A stretch of 32,000 nucleotides of DNA from Ectothiorhodospiraceae bacterium (GCA_029268285.1 JAJUGG010000003.1:9976-41975); one strand, 5' to 3'. Counted from the stretch's first letter, positions 17,392 to 28,331 are shown. Program-made: numbers and translations. The notes: generated from the sequence alone by a model not told the origin.

Positions 17392-18573
17392 ATGTCTTGG
17401 AATGAACCGGGGGGGGGAGACCGAGACCCCTGGAGCGGCTCGGGCCGCAACAATCAAGGTCCGCCGGACCTCGACGAACTACTCAAGAAACTCCAGGATC
17501 GCATCAACCGCTTGTTCGGACGCCGTCCGCGCACCGGCGGAGGTGGCGGTAGTGGCAGCTCGTTCGGGATCGGCCTTGTGGTGGTCGTTCTGCTGGTGGT
17601 TTGGCTTGCTTCCGGCTTTTTCGTCGTTGACGAAGGTAAGCGCGGTGTCGTGCTGCGCTTCGGCAAGTACGTCTCGACCGAGATGCCAGGGCCGCACTGG
17701 CAGCCTCCGTATCCCATTACCGATGTGCGCATCGTCGACGTCTCGGCGCGGCGCACAATTCGGATAGGCTACGACTCCCCGACGCGGGTGAACCCGGAAG
17801 AAGCGCTCATGCTGACCCGCGACGAGAACATCGTCAGCGTGCAGCTTGCCGTGCAGTGGCAGGTCAGCGAGCCGGACAAGTACCTGTTTACCCTGATTCA
17901 GCCGGAGCAGACGCTCAAGCAGCTTACCGAGAGCGCCCTGCGCGAGGTCGTCGGCAAGAGCGACATGGACTTCGTGCTCACCGAGGGGCGGGCCGAGGTG
18001 GTCAATGCTACCATGGCATTGGTGCAGCAGACGCTGGACGAGCGCTACGACGCCGGCATCCGCGTGGTGGAAATGGCCATTCAGGACGTGCAGCCGCCGG
18101 AGCCGGTACAGGGCGCGTTCTCTGAGGCTATTCGGGCCCGCGAGGACGAACAGCGCTTCATCAACGAAGCCCTCGGCTACCGTAACCAGATTATCCCGCA
18201 GGCCAAGGGCGAGGCTGCGCGCATCATCGAGGAAGCGCAGGGCTACCGCGCTCAGGCCGTTGCCAACGCACAGGGCTCTGTCGCGCGCTTCCTCGCCGTG
18301 CTGGAAGAGTATTCACAGGCCCCCGAGGTGACGCGCGAGCGCCTCTACATCGAGGCCATGCAGAGCGTGCTGTCTCGCACCAGCAAGATCCTGGTGGGCG
18401 GCGACAGCGCACCGCTAATGTACCTGCCGCTCGATCGCCTGCCTACTTCCGGGCGTAGCGGCGAGCAAGGCGCTGTCGGCGCAGATGCGAACGAAGCGAA
18501 CGCAGCGGGCAACGAGACCCCTGCGCAATTGCCGCTGAGTCGTGAACGGCTGCGCAGCCGGGAGGTGCGTTGA
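17392..18573 (+). CDS. hflK: FtsH protease modulator HflK
   Basis: MSWNEPGGG...DPWSG...GPPDLDELLKKLQDRI, glycine-rich N-terminus, one TM helix, SPFH/band-7 domain. Confidence 0.95.
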   Translation: MSWNEPGGGDRDPWSGSGRNNQGPPDLDELLKKLQDRINRLFGRRPRTGGGGGSGSSFGIGLVVVVLLVVWLASGFFVVDEGKRGVVLRFGKYVSTEMPGPHWQPPYPITDVRIVDVSARRTIRIGYDSPTRVNPEEALMLTRDENIVSVQLAVQWQVSEPDKYLFTLIQPEQTLKQLTESALREVVGKSDMDFVLTEGRAEVVNATMALVQQTLDERYDAGIRVVEMAIQDVQPPEPVQGAFSEAIRAREDEQRFINEALGYRNQIIPQAKGEAARIIEEAQGYRAQAVANAQGSVARFLAVLEEYSQAPEVTRERLYIEAMQSVLSRTSKILVGGDSAPLMYLPLDRLPTSGRSGEQGAVGADANEANAAGNETPAQLPLSRERLRSREVR

Positions 18574-19448
18574 TGACTAATTTCAAGCCGATCGCTCTGA
18601 TCCTTGCGCTGCTCGTGCTCATCACGGCATGGCTATCCGCCTATACCGTCGACGAGACCGAGACGGCTATCAAATTCCGCCTTGGGCGGATGGTCGAAGA
18701 GGGCATGGAGCCAGGGCTGCACTGGAAGATACCGTTCATCGAAACCGTGCGTCGCTTCGACGACCGGGTGCATACGCTGGACGAGCCGCCGTCGCGTTTT
18801 CTTACCTCGGAAAAGAAGAACGTGATCGTCGACGCCTTCGTGAAGTGGCGTATCGCCGACCCCTCGCAGTTCTATGTATCCTTGGCCGGTAACCCGGGGC
18901 TGGCGAATCAACGCCTGAGCGAGATCATCAAAAGCGGACTGCGCACCGAATTCGGCAAGCGCACTATTCAGGAGGTGATCTCCGGCGAGCGGCGCAGCAT
19001 CATGGACTTGCTCAACGAGCAAGCATCCAGCGTGGCCAAGCCGCTCGGGCTGGAGGTGGTCGAGGTGCGCATTCAGCGCATCGATCTGCCCAGCGATGTC
19101 AGCGAGTCGGTCTACCAGCGCATGGCGGCCGAGCGTGAGCGCGTGGCGCGCGACTTCCGCGCTCGCGGTCGCGAGCAGGCCGAGCGCATCCGCGCCGAAG
19201 CCGATCGGGAGCGCACTGTGCTGATCGCCGAGGCGCGTCGCGAGGCCGAAGAGTTGCGGGGTCTGGGCGAAGCCGAGGCCACGCGTATCTTCGCTGAGGC
19301 CTATAACCGAGACCGCGATTTCTTCGAGTTCTATCGGAGCCTCGAAGCCTACGTGAATGCGTTCGACGAACGCAGCGACGTGCTGGTTCTGGACCCGAAC
19401 GAGTCGCAATTCTTCCGCTTCTTCGACCAGTCCCGGCCGGGCCGCTAA
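18573..19448 (+). CDS. hflC: FtsH protease modulator HflC
   Basis: SPFH domain protein after hflK; TVDETETAIKFRLGRM, ARDFRARGREQAERIRAEADRERTVLIAEARREAEELRGLGEAEATRIFAEAY. Confidence 0.95.
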   Translation: MTNFKPIALILALLVLITAWLSAYTVDETETAIKFRLGRMVEEGMEPGLHWKIPFIETVRRFDDRVHTLDEPPSRFLTSEKKNVIVDAFVKWRIADPSQFYVSLAGNPGLANQRLSEIIKSGLRTEFGKRTIQEVISGERRSIMDLLNEQASSVAKPLGLEVVEVRIQRIDLPSDVSESVYQRMAAERERVARDFRARGREQAERIRAEADRERTVLIAEARREAEELRGLGEAEATRIFAEAYNRDRDFFEFYRSLEAYVNAFDERSDVLVLDPNESQFFRFFDQSRPGR

Positions 19449-19495
19449 ACCGCGGCCTGGTGCGGACCGGCCTATTACCGAGAGTGGCTTGAGCC

Positions 19496-19684
19496 TTGCT
19501 GCAGGATCTTCTGGCCGCGCTCGCGCTGGTACTGGTGCTGGAAGGGCTTCTGCCCTTCGCCAGCCCCGGCGCGCTGCGGCGTGCGATGTTGCAAATGGCG
19601 CAGCTGGACGACCGCGGCCTTAGGGTAGCGGGGCTGGTGTCCATGCTGCTGGGTTTGGCGCTCCTCTACCTGGTGCGGCACTGA
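19496..19684 (+). CDS. DUF2065 (YjeT-like) small membrane protein
   Basis: 62 aa, two hydrophobic segments, hflC-hisZ position; start codon (TTG) uncertain. Confidence 0.75.
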   Translation: MLQDLLAALALVLVLEGLLPFASPGALRRAMLQMAQLDDRGLRVAGLVSMLLGLALLYLVRH

Positions 19685-20877
19685 TGAACGAGAACGACTA
19701 CTCCAAGGACAATCCTTGGTTGTTACCCGAGGGCGTGGACGAGCTGCTGCCGCCGCGGGCGATGCGGGTCGAGCAACAACGACGCGAGTTGCTCGACCTT
19801 TTTTCCGCCTGGGGCTATGAGCTCATTATGCCGCCGTTCATCGAGTTCCTGGATTCGTTGCTTACCGGCTCCGGCCATGATCTCGACCTGGAAACCTTCA
19901 AGCTCACCGATCAACTATCCGGTCGGCTGATGGGCGTGCGGGCGGATATGACGCCTCAGGCAGCGCGCATTGACGCTCACCAATTGCTTCGCGAAGGTCC
20001 GGTGCGGCTTTGCTATATCGGTACGGTTCTGAAGACCCGCCCGGATGCCATGGGTGGCTCGCGCGATCCTCTGCAACTCGGTGCCGAACTGTTTGGTCAC
20101 GCCGGTATCGAGAGCGACGTCGAGGTCATTTCGCTGATGCTGGAGGTGCTCCGTACCACCGGCGTTCACGACCTGTATCTGGACCTGGGGCATGTCGGCA
20201 TTTACCGCGGCCTGACGCATCAGGCAGGCCTCGGCGATGAAATCGAGGCGCGCTTTTTCGATGCGCTGCAGCGGAAAGCCGCGATCGAAATCGAAGAGCT
20301 GCTCGGCGCCGCGGATATCGATAGCACCCATCGCGCCATGCTGGCGGCGCTGCCGGATCTCAACGGCGGCACGGAAGTCCTGCAGCGTGCCGTCGAAGAG
20401 CTGCGCCACGCCGACAAGAGCGTGCGCGAAGCGCTGGACGAGCTTGCCGCGATCGCGACCTCGCTGCAGCAGCGCGAGCCGAGTTTGCCGCTGTACTTCG
20501 ATCTCGCCGAGCTGCATGGCTATCAGTACAAGACTGGGGCGGTATTCGCCGCGTTTACGCCCGGCTATGGGCAGGAGCTTGCGCGTGGCGGGCGCTATGA
20601 CAATATTGGGCGGATATTCGGCAGAGCGCGGCCGGCAACGGGCTTTAGTGCCGACCTCAAGGCATTGGCTGCTTTGACTGCCGAGCCGGTGCAGACCGCT
20701 GCAGCCGGGGTTCTCGCCGACTGGACTAACGATGCCGCCGCGCTCGCCGAGGTTCGGCGCCTGCGCGAGCAAGGGGAGCGAGTGGTATGGTCATTGCCGG
20801 GGCAGCAGGGTAACGGCGGCTGCGACCGGCGGCTGGTACAACGCAAGGATGGCAGCTGGGCCGTCGAGCCGCTCTGA
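19684..20877 (+). CDS. hisZ: ATP phosphoribosyltransferase regulatory subunit
   Basis: Class II tRNA-synthetase-like: LPEGVDELLPPRAMRVEQQRRELLDLFSAWGYELIMPPFIEFLDSLL...FKLTDQLSGRLMGVRADMTPQAARIDA; directly before purA. Confidence 0.9.
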   Translation: MNENDYSKDNPWLLPEGVDELLPPRAMRVEQQRRELLDLFSAWGYELIMPPFIEFLDSLLTGSGHDLDLETFKLTDQLSGRLMGVRADMTPQAARIDAHQLLREGPVRLCYIGTVLKTRPDAMGGSRDPLQLGAELFGHAGIESDVEVISLMLEVLRTTGVHDLYLDLGHVGIYRGLTHQAGLGDEIEARFFDALQRKAAIEIEELLGAADIDSTHRAMLAALPDLNGGTEVLQRAVEELRHADKSVREALDELAAIATSLQQREPSLPLYFDLAELHGYQYKTGAVFAAFTPGYGQELARGGRYDNIGRIFGRARPATGFSADLKALAALTAEPVQTAAAGVLADWTNDAAALAEVRRLREQGERVVWSLPGQQGNGGCDRRLVQRKDGSWAVEPL

Positions 20878-20941
20878 TGCAGGGCGCGCCGCTGCGGTTT
20901 GGTAACTAGGATTCCCTTCAACTTTCGATCGAGACGGGTAA

Positions 20942-22237
<1,296 letters not shown>

Positions 22238-22243
22238 AGGAGG

Positions 22244-22277
22244 GCGGGCGCTACCGGGAGTAGCGCCCGCTTTTTTT
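22244..22277 (+). terminator. Intrinsic terminator of purA
   Basis: gcgggcgctac / gtagcgcccgc, 11 bp, 5-nt loop, then TTTTTTT. Confidence 0.93.
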
Positions 22278-22300
22278 GTGTCTGGGCCTGAGTTCAGGCA

Positions 22301-22334
22301 ACAAAAAAGGCGAGCCTAGGCTCGCCTTTTTTGT
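22301..22334. terminator. Perfect 34-nt palindrome, bidirectional terminator (tRNA-Leu side and purA side)
   Basis: acaaaaaaggcgagccTAggctcgccttttttgt; symmetric A- and T-tracts. Confidence 0.9.
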
Positions 22335-22341
22335 CAGGTAT

Positions 22342-22428
22342 TGGTGCCGAGGAGAGGACTTGAACCTCCACGGGGTTGCCCCCACTAGCACCTGAAGCTA
22401 GCGCGTCTACCAATTCCGCCACCTCGGC
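22342..22428 (-). tRNA. tRNA-Leu (anticodon CAG), CCA encoded
   Basis: Minus strand GCCGAGGTGGCGGAATTGGTAGACGCGCTAGCTTCAGGTGCTAGTGGGGGCAACCCCGTGGAGGTTCAAGTCCTCTCCTCGGCACCA; long variable arm, 87 nt. Confidence 0.97.
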
Positions 22429-22469
22429 GATGATCGGCTGGATCAGCCGTCACCGTCATTAGGGCGCAA

Positions 22470-22498
22470 ACTTTACCGGCGGTTGTTATTACTGTCAA
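22470..22498 (-). promoter_or_regulatory. Predicted sigma-70-type promoter for tRNA-Leu
   Basis: Minus strand TTGACA (22498-22493), 17-nt spacer, TAAAGT (22475-22470). Confidence 0.7.
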
Positions 22499-22646
22499 CG
22501 GCCAAGTTACACTTTCATGCAAATAATCTCGTTCCCTCATCCCGTAGCGATGGCGGGACCGCGTCGGCGGCCGCAGCCAAGGCTTGCAGGTCGGCGCAGT
22601 TGGCGTATCCTGCGCTTCATACAGAGATAAGGGAACCAAGGGTTTA

Positions 22647-24935
22647 ATGACGAAAAAGGGAAAGCAAGCGCGGCAGGATCCTTACCTGGAGAGGGAAAGC
22701 CGCAAGTACGATCACCCCATTCCGAGCCGGGAATACATACTCGATCTTCTGCGGGAACGCTCCCGGCCACTTAGCCGCGAACAACTGATTCAAGCGCTCG
22801 GCTTAGAGGCGCCCGAGGCCGTGGAGGGCTTGCGCCGGCGCTTGCGCGCCATGGAGCGAGACGGGCAAGTGGTGCGCAATCGGCGCAAGGGCTATGTCAT
22901 CGTCGACAACGAAGACCTCATTCGCGGCCGTGTCACCGGGCACCCGGAAGGCTGGGGCTTCGTGACCCCGGATAGCGGCGAGGACCGGATTTATCTCTCG
23001 CCTAGGCAGATGCGCCTGCTGCTGCATGGCGACCGTGTGGTCGTGCGCATCGTGGGCCTGGACGCGCAGGGGCGGCCCGAAGGCGAGTTGGTCGATATCC
23101 TGCAGCGCTACAACAGGCAAGTAACCGGCCGCTTCTATTCCGAAAGCGGCGTGGGTTTTGTCGTCCCCAGCAATCGGCGCATTCATCATGACGTGATCAT
23201 TCCCGCTGCCGAGCAGGGCGGGGCAGAGGATGGTCAGTTGGTGGTGGCGGAGCTGGTGCAGCAGCCCAGCGAGCGGCGCATGCCCATCGGCCGTGTGGTC
23301 GAGGTCATGGGGACCCATATCGCGGCGGGTCAGGAGATTGCCGTTGCGGAGCGAGTGCACGGCATTCCGGTAGAGTGGCCGGAAGAGGTTGAGCGGGAAA
23401 TCGCGCGCTTCGGCGAAGAGGTTCCCGAAGCCGACAAGGCTGGCCGCGAGGATCTACGCGATCTGCCGCTCGTGACCATCGACGGGCCCGATGCGCGCGA
23501 CTTCGATGACGCCGTTTTTTGCCGGCCAACCAAATCGGGCTGGCGTCTGACGGTCGCTATCGCCGATGTGTCGCACTACGTGCGCGGCGGCACCGCCCTC
23601 GATCGCGAGGCGCTCAACCGCGGCAACTCAGTCTACTTCCCGCGTGCCGTGGTGCCAATGCTGCCCGAGTTGTTGTCCAACGGCCTGTGCTCGCTCAATC
23701 CGGGCGTCGATCGCCTCACCATGTGCTGCGAGATGTTGATCGGGCCGGACGGCACGCTCAAGCGCTCGCGCTTCTTCCGTGGCGTGATCCGCTCGCATGC
23801 GCGACTGACCTACCAGGAGGTAGCCTCCATCCTGGACGGCAGCGATTCCGAGGCGATCGAGCGACGCAAAGACCTGGTGCCGCACCTGCAGGCGCTGCAT
23901 GGCGTCTATAAGGCCTTGCGCATTCAGCGCGAAAAACGCGGTGCGATCGATTTCGAGACGACCGAATCGGTCATGGAGTTCGACGAACAGGGCCGTGTAC
24001 TGCGCATTGTGCCGGCCGAGCGCAATGATGCGCACAAGCTCATCGAAGAGTGCATGGTCATTGCCAACGTCGCCGCGGCGCGTTTTCTGCAACGGCACAA
24101 GATGCCTGCGCTCTATCGCGACCACGAAGTGCCGGACGAGGAGAAGGTCGAAGCGCTGCGTCAGTTCTTGGCGCAGGTCGGGCTCAAGCTGCCGGGCAAT
24201 CGTACCGTGCCCAAGCCGTCCGACTATGCGGTCTTGCTCAAGCAGATTCAGAACCGTCCCGACAAGCACCTGATTCAGATGGTTTTGCTGCGTTCCTTCA
24301 AGGCCGCGGACTACCGCCCGGAAAATATCGGGCACTTCGGTCTTTCCCTGGAGGCGTACGCACACTTTACCTCGCCAATCCGGCGTTACCCGGATTTGGT
24401 CGTGCACCGCGCCATCGGCCATGTGCTGGATGGCGGCAAGGCGGCCGACTACGAGACTAGCGCCGATCGCATGGTGGTGCTGGGCGAGCACTGCTCGATG
24501 ACAGAGCGCCGTGCCGACGAGGCCACCCGCGAAGCGACCATGACGCTCAAGTGCGAGTACATGGCGGATAAGCTCGGGCAGGAGTTCGACGGCATCATCA
24601 GTGGCGTTACTGCCTTTGGCATATTCGTGCAGCTTAGCGAGGTTTTCGTCGACGGCCTGGTCCACATCTCGACGCTCGGCGATGACTATTACCACTTTGA
24701 TCCGATCGGTCATCGCCTGGTCGGCGAGCGGACCGGCAAGGAGTTTCGTCTCGCCGACACTGTTCGGGTGCAAGTCGCCCGCGTCGATAAGGAAGAGCGG
24801 CAGATCGACTTCGAACTGATCGGGCATGAGGGGCGCCCGCGGCGCGGCAGCCCGGTAGACGGCAAGAGTCAGCGCAAGCCGGGCGGTAGTCGGCGTCGCC
24901 AAGCGCGGCGTAGCGGTGGACGCAGGCGCGGCTAG
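22647..24935 (+). CDS. rnr: Ribonuclease R
   Basis: RNB domain (LPLVTIDGPDARDFDDAVF, FTSPIRRYPDLVVHRAI), C-terminal S1 domain, basic tail. Start set at MTKKGKQAR. Confidence 0.95.
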   Translation: MTKKGKQARQDPYLERESRKYDHPIPSREYILDLLRERSRPLSREQLIQALGLEAPEAVEGLRRRLRAMERDGQVVRNRRKGYVIVDNEDLIRGRVTGHPEGWGFVTPDSGEDRIYLSPRQMRLLLHGDRVVVRIVGLDAQGRPEGELVDILQRYNRQVTGRFYSESGVGFVVPSNRRIHHDVIIPAAEQGGAEDGQLVVAELVQQPSERRMPIGRVVEVMGTHIAAGQEIAVAERVHGIPVEWPEEVEREIARFGEEVPEADKAGREDLRDLPLVTIDGPDARDFDDAVFCRPTKSGWRLTVAIADVSHYVRGGTALDREALNRGNSVYFPRAVVPMLPELLSNGLCSLNPGVDRLTMCCEMLIGPDGTLKRSRFFRGVIRSHARLTYQEVASILDGSDSEAIERRKDLVPHLQALHGVYKALRIQREKRGAIDFETTESVMEFDEQGRVLRIVPAERNDAHKLIEECMVIANVAAARFLQRHKMPALYRDHEVPDEEKVEALRQFLAQVGLKLPGNRTVPKPSDYAVLLKQIQNRPDKHLIQMVLLRSFKAADYRPENIGHFGLSLEAYAHFTSPIRRYPDLVVHRAIGHVLDGGKAADYETSADRMVVLGEHCSMTERRADEATREATMTLKCEYMADKLGQEFDGIISGVTAFGIFVQLSEVFVDGLVHISTLGDDYYHFDPIGHRLVGERTGKEFRLADTVRVQVARVDKEERQIDFELIGHEGRPRRGSPVDGKSQRKPGGSRRRQARRSGGRRRG

Positions 24936-24937
24936 AT

Positions 24938-25681
24938 ATGGCGGGCGAGCAGTACATTTACGGCCTGCACGCGGTGCGGGCCGCGGTGAAATACGATCCG
25001 GCCCATATCGTCGAGATTTGGCTGGAGCAACGGCGTCATGATGCTAAGGTTCAGCGTCTGTTTGCCGCTCTGGAGGGCTTGGGGCGGCCCGTGCATCGCG
25101 TGGCACGCCGGGAGCTGGATCGTTTGGTGGACGGTGCGGCGCATCAAGGCGTGGTGGTGCGCTACAGTGGCCCGCCGCCGCAGGGTGAGGACGAGTTGGA
25201 GCGGCTGCTCGATGGGCTCGACCATGATCCCTTCTTGCTGATTCTCGATCAGGTGCAGGACCCGCATAACCTGGGCGCTTGTCTGCGCAGCGCCGATGCT
25301 GCGGGCGTGGATGCCCTGATTGCGCCACGCGACCGCGCGGTAGGCTTGACGCCCACCGTGCATAAAGTCGCCTCTGGTGCCGCCGGCACCGTGCCTTTCT
25401 TTCAGGTGACTAATCTTGCCCGCACGCTGGACGCCTTGAAGGTGCGCAACATCTGGTTGGTCGGCGCCGCTGGCGAGGCCGAGCAGAGCGTCTATGAAAC
25501 CGACATGCGCGGGCCGCTCGCCATCGTCATGGGCGCGGAGGATACGGGGCTGCGCCGGCTGACCCGCGAGCGTTGCGATTTTCTCGCCCGCATTCCCATG
25601 CAGGGGCAGGTGGAGAGCCTCAACGTCTCCGTGGCGACAGCGGTGTTTTTATTCGAGGCGCTACGCCAGCGCGGGCAGTGA
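24938..25681 (+). CDS. rlmB: 23S rRNA (guanosine(2251)-2'-O)-methyltransferase RlmB
   Basis: SpoU fold: ILDQVQDPHNLGACLRSADAAGVDALI...IVMGAEDTGLRRLTRERCDFLARIPMQGQVESLNVSVATAVFLFEALRQR. Confidence 0.95.
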   Translation: MAGEQYIYGLHAVRAAVKYDPAHIVEIWLEQRRHDAKVQRLFAALEGLGRPVHRVARRELDRLVDGAAHQGVVVRYSGPPPQGEDELERLLDGLDHDPFLLILDQVQDPHNLGACLRSADAAGVDALIAPRDRAVGLTPTVHKVASGAAGTVPFFQVTNLARTLDALKVRNIWLVGAAGEAEQSVYETDMRGPLAIVMGAEDTGLRRLTRERCDFLARIPMQGQVESLNVSVATAVFLFEALRQRGQ

Positions 25682-25711
25682 AGGCCTCGCGAGGCGTCCG
25701 AAATCAATGCT

Positions 25712-25740
25712 TTGCTAAACCCCGGTCGCTCCGCTACACT
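25712..25740 (+). promoter_or_regulatory. Predicted promoter for the rpsF operon
   Basis: TTGCTA (25712-25717), 17-nt spacer, TACACT (25735-25740). Confidence 0.45.
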
Positions 25741-25754
25741 ACGCGATCTTTTTT

Positions 25755-25820
25755 AGGCGGGCACCCGCCTCCTTGCTTTCGGAATGGGTCCGAAAGCTTT
25801 TCATGACCCGCGCACGGGTC
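25755..25820 (+). promoter_or_regulatory. Three tandem hairpins in the rpsF leader
   Basis: aggcggg-ca-cccgcct; gctttcgga-atggg-tccgaaagc then TTTT; gacccg-cgca-cgggtc. Confidence 0.5.
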
Positions 25821-25843
25821 TTGGATATCCATAAGGAGCATTC

Positions 25844-26263
25844 ATGCGTCATTATGAAGTCGTGTTTCTGGTCCATCCTGACCAGAGCGAACAGGTTCCG
25901 GCCATGATCGAGCGCTACCGCGCCATCATCGAGGCCGAAGGCGGTAAGATTCATCGTCTCGAAGACTGGGGTCGTCGCCAGCTCGCCTACCCGATCAAGA
26001 AGCTCATCAAGGCCCACTACGTGCTGATGAACATCGAGTGCGGTCAGGCCGAGCTCGATGAGCTTGAGTCCGCTTTCCGTTTCAACGATGCGGTGATCCG
26101 CAATCTGATCCTGAGCCGCGACGAAGCCGTTACCGAGCCGTCTCCGCTGGCTAAGAGCAAGGAAGAAGAGCGCGAGGAGCGTGGCGAGGGCGAGCGTCGT
26201 TCCCGTCCGCGCCGTGACGAGGAAGAGGAGTCCTCGGACGAGGAAGAGACCGCTTCCGAGTAA
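25844..26263 (+). CDS. rpsF: 30S ribosomal protein S6
   Basis: [66 protein letters not shown]; 139 aa with charged tail. Confidence 0.98.
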   Translation: MRHYEVVFLVHPDQSEQVPAMIERYRAIIEAEGGKIHRLEDWGRRQLAYPIKKLIKAHYVLMNIECGQAELDELESAFRFNDAVIRNLILSRDEAVTEPSPLAKSKEEEREERGEGERRSRPRRDEEEESSDEEETASE

Positions 26264-26277
26264 AGGTTTCTCGAGCG

Positions 26278-26610
26278 GTGGAGGGCGAAGCTGTCGCCAA
26301 TCGGGTGACCTTGATCGGTCGCCTGCACGCCGCGCCGAGGCTGCGAACCTCGCCTGCCGGCATCCCAATCGCCCGCTTTCTGCTGGAGCACGATTCGGAG
26401 CAGCCGGAAGGTCCGGTGACACGCCGGCAAAGGTTTCGTATCGGGGTAAGGGCAGTGGGCGAAGCGCTGTGCGCGGAGCTCAAACAGCTCGAGCCCGGGC
26501 GCTTGATGCGGGTTGAGGGATACTTGACCCGTAACAAGCAAGGTGCAGAAGATTATCGTTTAGTGGTCGTTGCCCAGCATCTCGAAGCGCTGGTTGAGAC
26601 GCACGAATAG
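26278..26610 (+). CDS. priB: Primosomal replication protein N (PriB)
   Basis: OB-fold: NRVTLIGRLHAAPRLRTSPAGIPIARFLLEHDSEQ; between rpsF and rpsR. Confidence 0.88.
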   Translation: MEGEAVANRVTLIGRLHAAPRLRTSPAGIPIARFLLEHDSEQPEGPVTRRQRFRIGVRAVGEALCAELKQLEPGRLMRVEGYLTRNKQGAEDYRLVVVAQHLEALVETHE

Positions 26611-26622
26611 GAGAACAGGATC

Positions 26623-26847
26623 ATGGCGCGTTTTTTCCGTCGTCGTAAGTACTGCCGTTTTACCGCTGAAGGCGTAAAGGAGATCGATTACAAGGATCTC
26701 AATACGCTGAAGAGCTACATCACCGAGACCGGCAAGATCGTCCCGAGCCGCATCACCGGTACCCGGGCGCGCTACCAGCGTCAGCTGGCCACTGCCGTCA
26801 AGCGCGCGCGGTTCCTGGCGCTGCTGCCTTACACCGATCGTCACTGA
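26623..26847 (+). CDS. rpsR: 30S ribosomal protein S18
   Basis: [74 protein letters not shown]. Confidence 0.98.
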   Translation: MARFFRRRKYCRFTAEGVKEIDYKDLNTLKSYITETGKIVPSRITGTRARYQRQLATAVKRARFLALLPYTDRH

Positions 26848-26881
26848 TCGGTACGCCTGTTACGGGCGTAGTGTTTGAGTG

Positions 26882-27748
26882 ATGCAAGGGCTGGCGGCGT
26901 GGATCATGCGCGGTCGCTTTACCGCGATCGCAACAACCGTGGTCTGCGCCATCCTGCCCTTGCTCGGTTGGGTGTCCGGGGCCGTTGTGGCCCTGGTAAC
27001 ACTCAGACGAGGCGCTGGTGAAGGGCTGATTGTCCTGCTCGGCAGCCTGGTCGGCGTCAATCTGATTCTGGCGCTAATGGCCGGACAGGCAGTCTGGCTC
27101 TTGGGCCCGGCGCTGGAGCTTTGGTTGCCGGTGCTGGTATTAGCGCTGTGGTTACGCAGCAGTATTTCGCTGTCGTCGACCTTGCGTCTTGCCGCCGGGC
27201 TGGCGGCGCTAGCGGTTGCCGCGTTCTATGCGGCCGTCGGCGATCCAAGCCGGTACTGGCGCCCGCGCTTCGAACAAGTCCTTGGCAGCCTGCCGGACGG
27301 CGGGGGCGTCTGGGGCGCGGGCGTCGAGCAGATGCTGCCGATGATGACCGGGTTCTGGGCGCTAGGCTTGCTGATCGGCGCGGTGGCCAGTTTGCTGTTC
27401 GGGCGTTGGCTACAGTCCTTGCTGTACAATCCGGGCGGCTTCGCTAAAGAGTTCCGCGACGTGGATCTCGGGCGGGCGTTAGCCGGTGCAGCTGCGGCGC
27501 TGTGGGTCGGCACGGCCTTCGGCGGCCCCGCGATACTGCAGGACTTGGCGCTGGTTATTAGCGCGGTATTCGTGTTGCAGGCGCTGTCGCTAGTGCATGC
27601 GCTGATCGCCGCCAAGCGTCTCGGCGGCGGTTGGTTGATCGTAACGTACCTGTTGTTGCCGTTTGCGTTTCAGTTGATGGCGATAGCAGGCATGGCTGAT
27701 GCGGCCTTTCAGTGGCGGCAGAGGCTGAAACTGGGGGCCGGGTCGTGA
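26882..27748 (+). CDS. DUF2232 family polytopic membrane protein
   Basis: About 288 aa, strongly hydrophobic; typical rpsR-rplI neighbour in gammaproteobacteria. Confidence 0.75.
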   Translation: MQGLAAWIMRGRFTAIATTVVCAILPLLGWVSGAVVALVTLRRGAGEGLIVLLGSLVGVNLILALMAGQAVWLLGPALELWLPVLVLALWLRSSISLSSTLRLAAGLAALAVAAFYAAVGDPSRYWRPRFEQVLGSLPDGGGVWGAGVEQMLPMMTGFWALGLLIGAVASLLFGRWLQSLLYNPGGFAKEFRDVDLGRALAGAAAALWVGTAFGGPAILQDLALVISAVFVLQALSLVHALIAAKRLGGGWLIVTYLLLPFAFQLMAIAGMADAAFQWRQRLKLGAGS

Positions 27749-27797
27749 CGGTTCGGTCGAATTGGACGCTTAGATAGACACCTCTGGGGTGGTAACG

Positions 27798-28250
27798 ATG
27801 GAAGTCATTCTTCTGGATAAGGTCGAGAACCTCGGCAACCTGGGCGACCAAGTCAAGGTCAAGCCGGGCTACGGTCGCAACTACCTGATTCCGAAAGGCA
27901 AGGCTAAGCCTGCGACGCCTGAGAACATCAAGTACTTCGAAGAGCGTCGTGCCGAGTTGGAAAAGGCTGCGGCTGAAGCTCTGCAGGCTGCCGAGCAGCG
28001 CAAGGCGCAGCTGGAAGGCCTTACGGTCACCATCAACGCCAAGGCGGGTGACGAAGGCAAGCTGTTCGGCTCCGTGGGTACCGCCGACATCGCCGAAGCC
28101 GTGACCGCGGCCGGCGTCGAGATCGGTCGCCACGAAGTGCGCATGCCGGAGGGCCCGATCCGTTCCACTGGCGAGTACGAGATCGAGCTGCACCTGCACA
28201 GCGACGTCGATGCGACGGTGCAGGTCGTGGTCGCCGCTGAAGCGGAGTAA
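27798..28250 (+). CDS. rplI: 50S ribosomal protein L9
   Basis: [40 protein letters not shown]. Confidence 0.98.
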   Translation: MEVILLDKVENLGNLGDQVKVKPGYGRNYLIPKGKAKPATPENIKYFEERRAELEKAAAEALQAAEQRKAQLEGLTVTINAKAGDEGKLFGSVGTADIAEAVTAAGVEIGRHEVRMPEGPIRSTGEYEIELHLHSDVDATVQVVVAAEAE

Positions 28251-28305
28251 AATCGGCCATGTGACCTCGTCGCAGGTTCCAGCCCGCGAGCGGGGTATAC
28301 TCCAA

Positions 28306-28331
28306 CGGAAAGCCGCATTTGCGGCTTTCCG
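28306..28331. terminator. Perfect hairpin between rplI and dnaB
   Basis: cggaaagccgca-TT-tgcggctttccg, 12 bp; no downstream T-run. Confidence 0.5.

Noticed and set aside
18633-19409. 258-aa minus-strand ORF opposite hflC
   Set aside because: It is a shadow ORF. HflC on the plus strand accounts for the codon structure.
23628-24902. 424-aa minus-strand ORF opposite rnr
   Set aside because: It is the longest antisense frame but mirrors the RNase R catalytic domain frame, and no protein family is recognisable.
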